Source: Octopus vulgaris
Lineage: Eukaryota
NCBI GenBank assembly: GCA_951406725.2
Contig: OX597821.1
Coordinates: 112,220,001-112,284,000, forward strand
Direction: 5' to 3'
DNA: 64,000 bases
Positions 27,431 through 39,820 of this stretch are shown here, piece after piece (within the stretch, counting starts at the first letter, position 1; each line of letters opens with the position of its first letter). A program made the position numbers and the translations under genes. The notes under the pieces were generated by a model that searched no databases, was not told the DNA's origin, and was given only the letters and a program-made list of their open reading frames with translations.

Positions 27431-27629
27431 GCTGGTTGCACATAAAAGTACATATTACACTCTCAGAGTGGTTGGCATTAGGAAGGGCATCCAGCAGTAG
27501 AAACCATGTCAAATCAGACTGGGTCTGGTGCAGCTCCCTAGTGTGCCAGCCCCAGTCAAACCATCCAACCCATGCTAGTATGGACAATGGACATTAAATG
27601 ATAATGATGATGATGAAGATATATACACC

Positions 27630-27670
<41 letters not shown>

Positions 27671-28324
27671 CTGTGTCTGTGTGTCTCTTTGCACCCCCAT
27701 CACTGCTTGACCGGGGTTGGAGTGTTTACATCTCCATAACTTAGCAGTTTGGCAAAAGAGACTGATAGAATAAGTGCCAGGCTTTAAAAAATATGTAATT
27801 AACTTAACGAAGAATTCCTGCAGGCAGTGCCCCAGCATGGTCGCAGTCTAATGACTGAAACAAGTAAAAGATGATACATAGATAGATAGGTAGGTAGGTA
27901 GGAAGAATGCAACAGTGAGAGAGAGAGTGTGTGTGTGTGTGTTGCTGTGGTGGTGGTGGTGTTAGCAAGGAAGCAAGGTGGTTGTTGAGAGATTCAGAGA
28001 CTAGTTAAGAACGAGCAATAAATATATAAATAAAAACAAAACAAAAAATAAAATAAAAGAAAGGAATAAAATAATGAAAATATGAGAAAATAGTAATAAA
28101 AAAAAGATTATATAATGAGATTTGTGGAGGATTATTGGGAAAAAGAGAGAAAACAATTTATTCAATTTTATATTTTATTAATTTTTTTAGTGTATTTTCT
28201 GTTATTTTTGTAATTTTTGAAAAAATTTTTATTTCTACAACAAATCTCATTTCAATTTTATTCCATGCATTGAAATAAGGCGTACATTAAAATAAATTGG
28301 AAATTAATGAGAGAGAGCAAGGGA

Positions 28325-28675
28325 GAAAGATAGATTGATAAATAGACAGACAGACAGACAGACAGATAGATAGACAGATAAATAGATAGACAGACAGATG
28401 GATAGATAGATAGATAGATAGATAGATAGACTGATAGATAGATAGACTGATAGATAGATAGATAGATAGATAGATATATAGACAGACAGACAAATAGATA
28501 GGTAGATAGAGAGATAGATAGACAGACAGACAGATAGATAGGTAGATAAATACATAGATAGATAGAGAGACAGATAGACAGACAGACAAATAGATAGGTA
28601 GATAGATACATAGATAGATAGAGAGACAGATAGACAGATAGGTAGATAGATAGATAGATAGATAGGCAGATAGAT
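28325..28675. repeat. (GATA/GACA)n tetranucleotide field
   Basis: Read directly from the sequence. Confidence 0.95.
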
Positions 28676-29024
28676 GTATTGAAATAGAGACTAGTAGGTG
28701 GGTAGGATGGTTAGTCGACTGGTTTTAACTGGCTGGTATGGTATAGTTAGTTAGTAAGTTCGTTAGTTGTTATAGAAAGATGATTGCAGTTCAATCACAG
28801 GTCGTCTTGAAAATTTCACTTCATTTGTGATGAGATTTGTTTAATTTAATTGTAAGTTAACGATTCTATGTTGATTGCGGTAGTGAATAAATGTTTTATG
28901 CAAATTTATTAGGGGGTCCATTACATGAAGATTGGTCTAAAATACTTCCATCCAAGTCTTAATCTCACTTTCAGTTAGGTATGGCTGAATGCCCAGGTTC
29001 AATTCCACTTCTAGGCACCTCGGG

Positions 29025-29420
29025 CATCATCATCATCATCCTTTAACGTCCGCTTTCCATTCTAGCATGGGTTGGACGGTTCGACCGGGGTCGTGGAAGC
29101 CAGTCTGATCTGGCAGTGTTTCTACAGCTGGATGCCCTTCCTAACGTCAACCACTCCGTGAGTGTAGTGGGTGCTTTTTACGTGCCACCAGCACAGGTGC
29201 CAGGCAAGGCTGGCAATGGCAACAATCGGTAGGTGCTTTTTACGTGCCACTGGCACGGAGGCCAGTCGAGGCGGTGCTGGCAATGGCCACGTTCAGATGG
29301 TTCTTTTACGTGCCACCAGCACTGGTTTCACAACTACAATTTTTTATCGATTTCGATTTCACTTGCCTCAACAGGTCTTCGCAAGCAGAGTTTTGTGTCC
29401 AAAGAAGGAAAGGTATGCAT
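29025..29420 (-). mobile_element. RTE-tailed SINE/LINE 3' fragment
   Basis: (cat)n, ttaacgtccgctttccat, ctggatgcccttcctaacgtcaacc, and three ttttacgtgccac repeats. Confidence 0.75.
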
Positions 29421-31040
29421 AAGTGGACTGGCTACATCCTAGGTAAAGGCCATGAGTTATGGTCTCACTTGTCTTGCCGGGTCTTCTCACGCACAAATGT
29501 CTATTATTATAGCTCCAGAATGACCAAAGCTGTTTAAAATGGATTTGGTACATTGGAACACAAAGAAGCTTTGACATCCAAACGTCCACCTTATACCCAC
29601 TTCACAGCTGTGTGGCTTTGGGTTCAGTCCCTGTGCATGGCACTTTGGGTAAATATCTCACATGGTGGCCCTGGGCCGGCCTAAATCCTAATGAATGAAT
29701 TTGGTAGATGAAAACTGAAAGAAGCCCATCACATGTGCCAATACATAGGTGTGTAATGGTTTCAATTCTCAGGCCCACTGCACATTATGTTCTTGAGCAA
29801 AACACTTCATTTCACTCTCAACTGCAACTGGGTAACCCTGGGATGGACTAACCTACCAATTGGAGGCAATTTAGGCCTGCTCAACCAGCCAGCACAGCAG
29901 GGTGGCATTATTCAAAGGTAAAGCACATTGTGATCAGTGATGTATAACAACATCTGATAGTCTGGTTGATGTACATAGTGTAACAATAATAACCATTAAT
30001 GGTTTCTTGCATTGAGATGCAGGGTCTAGGCAGGTTTTTAAAACATGCTTTGCGTCTCCAAGCAATCTTTGGGCTCTGAGCACATGGTCTTTGAATTTGC
30101 AAGTCAGGATGCCGACCTCAGTGGTGTCTGAACTCAGAAAGTAAAGATGCAGAAGAAATGTAGCTAAGCATTTTCCCACTGCTTTAATGGTTCTGCCAAC
30201 TCACCTTCGAGGGAGAAAAGAAGAAACTTCAGGTCAAAAGAGGAAGGAAGAAGAAAAGATGATGAGGTGAGATATTTGAGGTTGTGCCAGGAAGATTTAG
30301 AATGAGATTAACCTGTGAAACAAAAGAGATCACGTTGACATTTAAAATTAAGAACTGAAGGTGGTGGCGGTGGTGGTGGTGGTTGAAGTGGTTACAGGGG
30401 TGGTGGTGGCGATAGGGGAGATAGGAGAGGTGTATTTGAGGGTGAGAGTGAACGGTAGGAGGGAGGAAGTTTGGCCAAAAAGTTTTCCATTTCGAGATGG
30501 CCTGGAACCAGTAATAGTAGTGGTGATGGTGGCAGTGGTTGTGTTTATTGTAGTAGTGCTAGTAGAGTTCATAGTAAGCAGTAGCTTCACAACTATATTT
30601 CTTCTACAGCACACCCCTTCCAGACTCTTCACCTATCCCACTTCCAGTCTGTTCCCATCCCTGATGCCTGAGCCAAGAAGACAGCCTCTAGGGATTGGAT
30701 CCACCATCTGGCTAGAAGTAGCAGCAGCAGTGGTAGTAGTAGTAGTAGTAGTAGTGGTAGTAGTGTCATTCCCCCACTCACCCCCTCACTACCACTACTA
30801 AAGCTTGATACAATCTCTAATTGCCTTCACTCTTCTCTGTTCGGAACCAAAGGCAGGCTTCTACATGGTCAATTAACTTGCTGAAAGTAGGCACCAAATT
30901 TCCCTCAAATCTCATCTAAAAAAATATTGGAAAAAAAAAAGATTTTTATTTGTTATACAGACATCATACAATCTGCCTTTCACTCCGAGGGAGAGGCCCT
31001 TCGTCACTAACAGAGGTAGTAGCTCTGAACTTTGCCTAAA

Positions 31041-31200
31041 CTACATTATTTACACCTAACGATATTTGTCCTCATCTTGTTTGTTGTTAACACAACGTTT
31101 CGGCTGATATACCCTCCAGCCTTCATCAGGTGTCCTGGGAAAATTTTGAACCTGGGTTCTCATTCCTAAGGTATTTTCAATGTTGTTGTTGTTGTTGTTG

Positions 31201-31234
<34 letters not shown>

Positions 31235-31337
31235 AGTCACTGCCTGGAATCGAACTTGAAATCTTGGGGCATATGGCTTAGTGGTTAAGAGTGTGAGCTA
31301 CTAACTCCAAGATTCCAAGTTCAATTCCAGGCAGTGA
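31041..31337 (-). mobile_element. tRNA-head/(AAT)n/hammerhead element (family A) with inverted duplication of the head
   Basis: The + strand tRNA-like head (31266-31337) abuts a - strand partial head (31236-31269). On the minus strand this is followed by (AAT)n(AAC)n, the body, the hammerhead and a tgtaaataatgta tail. Confidence 0.8.
31090..31133 (-). ncRNA. Minimal type I hammerhead ribozyme
   Basis: acac-CUGAUGA-a-ggcug[gaggguauau]cagcc-GAAA-cGUU-gugu. Helix I acac/gugu, helix II ggcug/cagcc, palindromic aacguu helix III. Confidence 0.8.
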
Positions 31338-31618
31338 AATAATAATTATAATAATATTATTGTACACCAAGTTCCTTGTTAAACTCATTGCCAATTTTGA
31401 CCTTACAGACACCATCTCTGTACATGGCTGGCTTGCAAAGCTTTCACCAACCACTCATCAATCCCTAGCTTCTGTATTTCCTGCCAAATAAGGGAGAGAG
31501 GGACCCTGTCAAAAGCTGCCGACAAAAGCCAAATACAGAGGTTTATTTTTAGCTAAGCACTTATGCAACTACACACATGCTGCTGGTGATATTTTTCCTC
31601 TTCTGGACTTTTCTGTTT

Positions 31619-31655
31619 CTTTTCTGACAAAGAGCTATGCTCAAAACATCAGAAA
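31619..31655 (+). ncRNA. Decayed hammerhead ribozyme (family B)
   Basis: ttt-ctgacaa-a-gagc-tat-gctc-aaaa-catc-agaaa. Three core positions differ from consensus, all as CpG to CpA changes. Flanks are homologous to 52670-52830. Confidence 0.6.
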
Positions 31656-33544
31656 CCCTCTTTTCCTACCAAGTGTGAAACTAATATGCTACACGTGAAT
31701 GTCCGCTTGTTTTTTTATTTTTAATGTTTGATTATTTGATTTGACTCATCACCATGGTGATTGATCATCATTATCACCATCACCGTTAAATGTCTGCTTT
31801 CCATGCTGGCATGGGTTGGATGGTTTCACAGGAGCTGGCCAGGCAGAAAGCTGCACCAAATTTCTGTGTCTGTTTCAGGCTCCAGCCTGGCCGGCTCCTG
31901 TTGAACCGTCCAACCCATGCCAGCATAGGCTTCCAGACAGTTCCTCTCTACCAAATTAACTCACAAAGAACTGCTCAGCTCCGGGCTATAGTTAGAAAAC
32001 ACTTGCGCAAGGTGTTGTGCAGTGAAACTGAACTCAAAACCGTGTGGTTCACAGCACAATGGAAATAGACAGGATGGTCACGAGAGGAATGTCTTCAATC
32101 AACTACCAGCTCGATCAGGGTTAACTTGGGGCTAACCAACAACAAACTCCTCTACCCATTCCCACCATTTTCCCCATAAATATCTCCTCCCCCTTCCACC
32201 CATTATCCTACATAACCCAATGTGACCCCTTGAGGGGGTTCACACACATCAAACACGCCCAACACCAATTATATCCCCCCACACCACCACCACATCTTTC
32301 CTCCATCAAATATCATTTATTACAATATCGATACCGCCATCACTTCAACCTCCTCCCCCAACACTGTGCTCCCCTCCCTCTTCCACTAGCTTGCCATCAC
32401 CTCTGCCTACTCCTCCCACCGTCGTGACTACCACCACAGTTTCTCACTATCATGACGCTGTTGTCGCCGTCGAAAGTCACCACCACCATCACCGTCACCA
32501 TCACCACTACTACCGTAACCACCACCACCATCACCACTACTACCATAACCACCACCATACCGTGACTTACTGCCTTCACTGTGACCACCACGGCCCTCTT
32601 CACATTATCAGCGTACCATCGTGACTCCACCACCGCCGCCGCCGCCACGTATATCCAACTGATATTTGATATGTTTTTACCTTTCTCGCTGATCCTAATG
32701 ACTATCGACACATTTCAAGTGAAGCGGTGCAGCCGAAGCTATTTCCCCCTCTCATCAATCACCCGGCCAGTCAGGCAGAGAGCACAAGAGAGATATGGAG
32801 AGATAGAGATAGAGAAAAGAAAGGAGAGGGGAGTAAAAAGAGATAGATAGAGAGAGCGTGTGTGTGTGAGGGGGGGGGGTAAAGATGGGCGGACATGTTG
32901 AATGGTGTGTTACATAGACATACATCCTGCCAAGTCATTTTATAACTTTGAAAAAGCTTCTCTGTGTGACACACGCACACGAGTATCATGACGATGTTGC
33001 CGTGGACTAGTGTAGGCCGGACTAGATCGGACAGAACAGGGTCCATAGTTTATTCACATTCAGGCACGATTAGTACAAAAAAAAGATCACATCGTGATAT
33101 AGATAAATAAATAGATAGAGAGAGAAATAGGAAAGTGTGCACGTTATGGGACTTAAAAGACTATCTCCTGGTTGGCCACTCAAGTTCATCATTGCTTTCG
33201 TGTTTATTTTCTACCGCTTTCTTTGGCTGTGTGGTTAAGAAGCTTGTTTCCAAACCATGTGCTCAGTAAACTAGTGTCTTTTACTAAAGCACCAAACCGA
33301 CCAAAGCTTTGGGTGAACGGAAATTGAAAGAAGCCCGTTTGTTATCTTTCTATGTATGTATGGGGATGCACACACACACACTCTTAGTATTAGCTGTCAG
33401 AAAAAAGTGTACTCAATACCTTGGTAGAGCTTAATGGGGATCTTTTCCTTTATGTATATGTATACTTGTCTGTATGTGCGTGTGTATGTATATTTACTTC
33501 TATATGCAGGCGCGCTTGTATATGCAAGTGTTTGTATGCGTGTG

Positions 33545-33841
33545 GGATCTTTTCCTTTTGATATGAGATATGGCTGTTCTTTCTAGCACATGCCAACACA
33601 ACCCTCCTCGTTTGTTTATCAATATCGATAACGCAGCAAATGATTTCAGCTCAAAAGAGAGCATAGGGTTGGTTAAAATTCGAAAAATTAAACTACATTA
33701 AACAAACGAATTACAAATTTATCAAAAAAGCCAAGTGAAAATAATGTTTTCTTTTGACACATTCTACCAGTATACGAAGTTTCAAATTGTTTAGTTAACT
33801 AGAAATTGTGTTGAATTATGTCTATCAAAAGGAAAAGATCC
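33545..33841. mobile_element. MITE with GGATC termini
   Basis: TIRs ggatcttttccttttga / tcaaaaggaaaagatcc. Internal cattctaccagtatacgaag is shared, inverted, with 38777-39185. No TSD is evident. Confidence 0.7.
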
Positions 33842-34804
33842 ATATATATGGGGATTAGAGTACACGAGTGTGTGGATAAGCCCTTGTCTTGACATTACGT
33901 GACAGTTCGTAAGCTACATTGTTCGTTTCCAATCTTCCATGAAAAGCATGTCCGGCCAAAGAGGAAATATTACCATACTGGGAAACAGACGAGTGTTGGC
34001 GAGAGGAAAGGCACAGTGCCGTAGAAAACCTGCCTCAATGAATTATAACTGACTCATGCCGGCATGGACGTTAAAACGACAGCGATGATTATGCTATAAC
34101 GATACTGTCAAATCAAGATTTATCTTTAAGACAATCAGCCCCCTATCTTCTTATTTAATGAATTGTTCCCCCCACCCACCCACCCAAAAAAAGAAATGAG
34201 AGGTGAGGACAGACAGTAAACTGACCAAAACGGTTGGGACCAAATAACATCGTTTAAAATACAGACAGGACAAAATAGTCGGATAAATAGACAAGTAGGC
34301 TGCTGGCTTTGCCGTTTGTAGGTTGGCTTCTTGCCAGGACCAACTTAAGTCTATCGTCTCTAAAAGTTAATTAAATGAATAGGCGGAGATTACTTTGATA
34401 ACTCGTCAAATGCTCCAGCTTTAGCCATCACAATAGGAATGGCTGCAGGTCACTACTACTACTACTGCTACTACTACTACTACTGTTGCTGCTGCTGCCG
34501 CTACACTTCTGTTTTGGCTAAAGACAAGATCTACTAGAATGGACCAACAATAGAATTAATAATGATAAATTCTGAGATAACGAGACGTGCTTATACAGGA
34601 TTGGTCGCAAGCCCCGTTAGAAATAGCAGCCAAATGTACTGAATTTCATAGCTTAAAATATACACGGGTATTCGATGCACCACATTTCTCATGGCGAATA
34701 TTTAGGGGAAAACGTTTGACGTGCATTAAAGTATTTAATATTTAAAACAATCTGGTAGGACATTACAAAGCATTGCAGTGCAAATAATATTTTAGTGAAT
34801 ATAG

Positions 34805-35150
34805 ACGCATGTGTGGCTGTGTGGTGAAAGCAGTTTGCTTCCCAACCGCATGGCTTCAGGTTCTGTCCCACTGCGCGGAACCTTGAGCAAGTGACTTCTG
34901 CTATAGTATCGGATCGACCAAAGCTTTGTGAGTGGATTTGGCAGACGAAAACTGAAACACGCCCAACATGTGTGTGTGAGTTTGTGTGTGTGCGTGTGCG
35001 TGTCACACCACCGCTAAAATTAGCGGTTCGGCAAAAGGAACAAATCAAATACCAGGCTTAAAAAGAAAGGCATGTGGTTGATTTATTTGACTAAAAGCTC
35101 TTCAAGGCGGTGCCCCAGCATGGCCACAGTCTAATGACTGAAACAAGTTA
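34805..35150 (+). mobile_element. CORE-type tRNA SINE (family 1)
   Basis: Family head and tail motifs. Confidence 0.8.
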
Positions 35151-37206
35151 AAGACTGGAGTCAGGTTAAGGCTAAAGGAACCGTCTGGAATAAAAATTAT
35201 TGCGTAGTAATGAGCGTCAGAGATGAAATTGGCTTATAGGAATGCTAACTAACCCAAGATATTTTGAGACATTTTTTGTAGGATGGGAGAATGTATTTTT
35301 ATATACCATCAAATACGATACCTCAAAGAGGAACACATTGGATAATGTATTTCTGGGTATATAATGGCTGAAAAGCAACACGGGTAGGTAAGTCTGTCTG
35401 CTGGATCATGTTGGTTGAAGGGAAGAGTAAAGATGGTGGGGTTAAACCAGTTAATCCTCAAAATGTAAATCTACATTCAACAAGAACTCACTACTTGAAT
35501 GGATCATAAACAAAACTTGACTTAAACAGGATTTAGATAATCCTATCAGGTGGTGCTATTAAGTTAGACATGGCCTGGACCAATCTTTGGTCGAAACATC
35601 GAAGGAATATGATTAAATAAAATGGCCGCTAAGGCTAGTTAAAAGGCGCTACACGGTATATTACGTTAAGATGCAGTTCGCCATTGTGGAAAAAATAATT
35701 GATAGTAAATTGTTCTAAAAAAATCGAAGAAAAAAATTAATGTAAATTGCGATAGAAACCCGAGGTGACGACTGTTGGACTAATCCGTTTGTCTGTCCTT
35801 GTTTGTTCCCTCTGTATTTAGCCCCTTGTGGGTAGTAAAGAAATAGGGTAGTAAAGAAATAGGTAATGTGGGACTAAAGATTATTTATTTATATCATATC
35901 TTCAGGAGTTTTTGTGGTGAAACATTTAAAGATCGAGAAAAAACTGTTCGTGCATCAATGACTTTTCCTGTAAATGTGATTGTTTTTATCACATATAAAA
36001 ATATACAGTTTTCATGTTATTTTAAATATATGTACGTTTTATTGTATAAATATACGTACGTTTTATTGTGGTTACGTGAAATTATGGGATGTTACTGTCG
36101 TTACTTCCGGTTTCTATCGCCATTTACTTTTGTGGTTGTTTTTAAAAACAATTCGGCGGTAAACTGCATTCTAACCTTATTACATCGGTCAGGAGTTCAG
36201 ATTCTTTTAACTGCAGCCAAATACATTGTTTCTTGAACAAGACCTAAAGCCCAATTTGTTTCAGAAAATAAAAGGAGGTTTTCACTTCTACTTCACGGTT
36301 GAATAGTTACCAGTAGCAAAGGCATTGAACTATAAAAATAATTGCTCCGTAAAACAAAAAGAATCGTTTGCGCGATTGTTGAGAGAGTTGGCAACGTTCC
36401 TAAAGAAGAGAGTCGGAAATTCTCTAGAGTGCTGAATGCCGTAATGTCTTCGAATATGTAATTGTTTGAAGCATCACAGATTACGATTCTTCAAATATAA
36501 ATAAAAACGGCGGCGGTGATGGTGGTGGTGGTGGGAAACAGCCGTTCATTTCCCCGTAATTTCTCACTTTTGACTTTCTTTTGAAAATTTAAAAATTCTT
36601 AGATTTATGCTTTTGAATAGCTGAAATTATGATTCTTCAAAAGACATTCTTTTATTCTTTTACTGGTTTCTGCCAGAGGCTGGGGCTATGCGTAAGTTTT
36701 CAAAACGAAGCTGGGTGGAAAGAAAACTCGATAAAAAAATTAAAAAAACAGAAACAAGAAACTGTAATCTGAAAAATTACCGAAAGAAGGAAGAATCGAC
36801 CACAAAATCCTGACCCAGCAGAATTGTAATGTATGATACTTAAAAATATATTCAAAGAAATTCAGCTTTTAGCGTTTCATGGAAAGAATAAGAGCTACAG
36901 AAGAAAAAAGAAAAACCACAACAAGCAAACCATAGTATGAAAAATATATGTTAACAGCAGAGGCAGTATTAATATCAAAAGGTAATAATTATCCCCACTT
37001 AAACATGGGTGTTCTGTTAGAACAAACTATACTGTGGTGAATATCACGAGAGAAACTCTCATGTTGGCTTTTGGTGTAAAATATCTTTTTAATTAAAAGC
37101 AAAATGGATTCATTTAATTACTCAATAGATGGTGAAAGAAGAAAAATAATAGTAATAAGCGTCAGCTGAATTCGAACTCCAGCCCCCACCTCATATTTAA
37201 CAATTT

Positions 37207-37363
37207 GGCGTAACTTCGGTATAAGTACCGCATACATTTCAAGAAAGTGTTTTTTTTTTTATATGGGGGTGTTAGGGTTTGTATTAGGGTTAGGAGAAAA
37301 GGGTTTCTGTTATCTTCAGAAATGTACACAAAGTCAAGTGTGTACTTATACCGAAGGATCGCC
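37207..37363. mobile_element. Merlin-like MITE with 8-bp TSD
   Basis: GG...CC termini; TIRs ggcgtaacttcggtataagtac / gtacttataccgaaggatcgcc; TSD aacaattt at 37199-37206 and 37364-37371; internal ttaggg units. Confidence 0.8.
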
Positions 37364-37913
37364 AACAATTTCTATGTCGAAAAAGGCCGGGAAAATAAAA
37401 ATAATTTCTAACTCTCTTGTTCAGGAATGCCGAGATTTGGCTGCTATTTCAAACAGATCGAAAGACTACATAGAGAGGCTTCCCTATTGCAGAGTCGTAA
37501 CGTGCAAGATTTAAAACCTTTTGCCTGTCTTGTGAATCACATGCCAGACGCAGGACATATTTTCATGGCCTCTGTGCATCATATACGATACACATTACCA
37601 ATTTTTCTCAGCCACCAGAGTAACCAGCGACGGGGTTAGCTAAAAGACTGAAAACAAACATCGATGTTAAGGGCAAACTTATGAAAATGCTGTGGCCAAG
37701 CAAAGGGCTGGGCATTCCTTCTTTATTGGTCTACAGAGCTACGGTGAGGCTACGATATAATCGGCCTAACCTCTTTATCTATGTCATAAGGGAATGTTGT
37801 GTTGGTGGAATGACGTCATCTACCAATATCGAAGGATTGCTAAGGGCTAAAAACATGTACATTCAAAGAAATTACAGTTCCTGTTGTACAACATAAGCTA
37901 CGACTCTTATCTT

Positions 37914-38079
37914 GGCGTAACTTCGGTATATGTACCGGTGTAAGTACCGGATACATTTCAAGAAAGTGTTTTTTTTTAATGTATATGGGGGGTTAGGGTT
38001 AGGGGTGGGGAGAAAAAGGTTTCTGTTATCTTCAGAAATGTAAACCAAGTCACGTGTATACCTATACCGAAGCATCGCC
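37914..38079. mobile_element. Merlin-like MITE (second copy)
   Basis: Same TIRs and interior as 37207; TSD cttatctt / cttttctt (7 of 8 match). Confidence 0.78.
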
Positions 38080-38776
38080 CTTTTCTTCAGGGACGCCAAT
38101 TTAGTTGTTCTTTCTAACAAACCGGACGGCTGCATCAGGCGCACCCTTACACACACACACACATAATACACTCTATCTCTCTTTCTCTTCATCGTTTGTT
38201 AAATTATCACAGAATTTATTAACACTATAAATGCTATCGCCCTTATTCACGATTCTAACAAAAATAACAACAATTACGCACATTTTATAACACACTAACC
38301 TTATACTCCAAATGTTTAATTTTTCCCCCCCTTTTTTTTTTCTCATCAAGGAAGTTAGATAAGTTCAATGGAACTATTGAGATAATGCATAATTTTTTTT
38401 CTGCTGTTGTTGTTTTTGTTCGTCAAAGGACGAAAGCATCATCTGTTTGTTTATTATGCAGCAAAATTCTTGTAGCCACGTTGTCATCCCCCATCTCCGA
38501 CGAACAGACAAAACACCACCAAAAGCTGTTCATAGTCAAAAATAGGGGGAAACTAATGTCTACGGAGTTTTAAAACTCGTGATTTTTTAAAACTAAGTCT
38601 ACTTGTCTTCCTGTTATTAAATATAACATGTTAATATCATTCACACGATATATCATCTTTCTCTTCCGGTTACTTATTAGAATATCTATTAGTTTATTGT
38701 TGTTTTTCGCGCCTTTTCAACGTCGAAAATGTTTATTGTTCGAGCAAATAACATGTGTGCGCGTGTATAGTGGGTT

Positions 38777-39185
38777 CGGTCTTTTCGGTTTGAACGGCGG
38801 TTTTTTAAAAATAATTTCCACGTAACTAAACACTTTTAAACTTCGTGTACTGGTAGAATGAGTTTATAAAACATCTTTTTCACTTGGCCTTATATTTTTC
38901 TTCAATTTCTGCAATTTCAACCAATTAATGACGTCTATTGAGGTGAAAACATTCTGTGCCGTATGAATATGTCCCTCGTTTAAGTAACAGATTGGGTTTA
39001 TTTACATTTCTGAAGAAAAAAAAATACCCTTCCCCCCACCCCTAACTCTAACCCGAACCTATCTAACTCTAACTCTAACCCTAAAACAGATTAAAATGCA
39101 ATAGATCGATACTAGGGTCATAATTATGGGTGACAATTTCATATGACACTGCTAGAAAAAACTGCCGTTCAAACCGAAAAGATCC
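38777..39185. mobile_element. MITE with about 28-bp TIRs and internal degenerate (CCCTAA)n
   Basis: TIRs ggtcttttcggtttgaacggcggttttt / aaaaactgccgttcaaaccgaaaagatcc. Internal tttacatttctgaaga...cctaactctaacc is related to the 37.2 and 37.9 kb MITEs. Confidence 0.75.
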
Positions 39186-39460
39186 CTCTTCTCAGTTCAT
39201 CCACCCTTTGACGAATCCTGTTTATTATCCCGCACAGTGTCCAAAAACCACTCTACTCGCCTAGTAGCCATGCCCATCACTAAAGGGCTGCTCTGGACGG
39301 CACTACCCTCTCACTCATTTAGAAACTCCACTTTAGCATTATCAGAAATTAGTGTCGACCCAGAATATTCTGAAGCACCTCCAGGCACCAAAAGTCTGGC
39401 ACCAGGCCATAAAGAAAACTCGGTGATGTTGCCTGTTGACTCGCCGATGGCCCAACCATA

Positions 39461-39820
39461 GGCGCAGGCATGGCTGTGTGGTAAGTAGCTTGCTTACCAA
39501 CCACATGGTTCCGGGTTGAGTGTCTTCTACTATAGCCTTAGGCCGACCAAAGCCTTGTGAATGGATTTGGTAGGCGGAAACTGAAAGAAGCCCGACGTAT
39601 ATATATATATATATATAGATAGATAGATAGATAGATATATGTATGTGTCTATGTTTGTTCCCCCAACATCGCTTGACAACCGATGCTGGAGTGTTTACGT
39701 CCCCGATAGAGTAAGTACTAGGCTTACAAAGAATAAATCCTGGGGACGATTTGCTCGACTAAAGGCTGTGCTCCAGCATGGCCGCAGTCAAATGACTGAC
39801 TCATGTAGAAGAATAAATGA
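39461..39820 (+). mobile_element. CORE-type tRNA SINE (family 1)
   Basis: ggcgcaggcatggctgtgtggtaagtagcttgc head through the ctccagcatggccgcagtcaaatgactga tail, with small deletions. Confidence 0.85.

Noticed and set aside
30361-30801. 146-aa Val-rich ORF resembling a membrane protein
   Set aside because: Built from GTG/GTA trinucleotide low-complexity sequence, as are the His-rich and Thr-rich ORFs at 32.4 kb and 24.1 kb.
39040-39085. Telomere-like (CCCTAA) runs here and at 37270-37295, 37990-38005 and 55146-55160
   Set aside because: Short, degenerate and internal or adjacent to mobile elements; not a chromosome end or fusion site.
39237-39461. 74-aa non-repetitive ORF preceded by an acceptor-like cag
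   Set aside because: No recognisable homology or donor site; it ends at a SINE and is antisense to the glypican exon.
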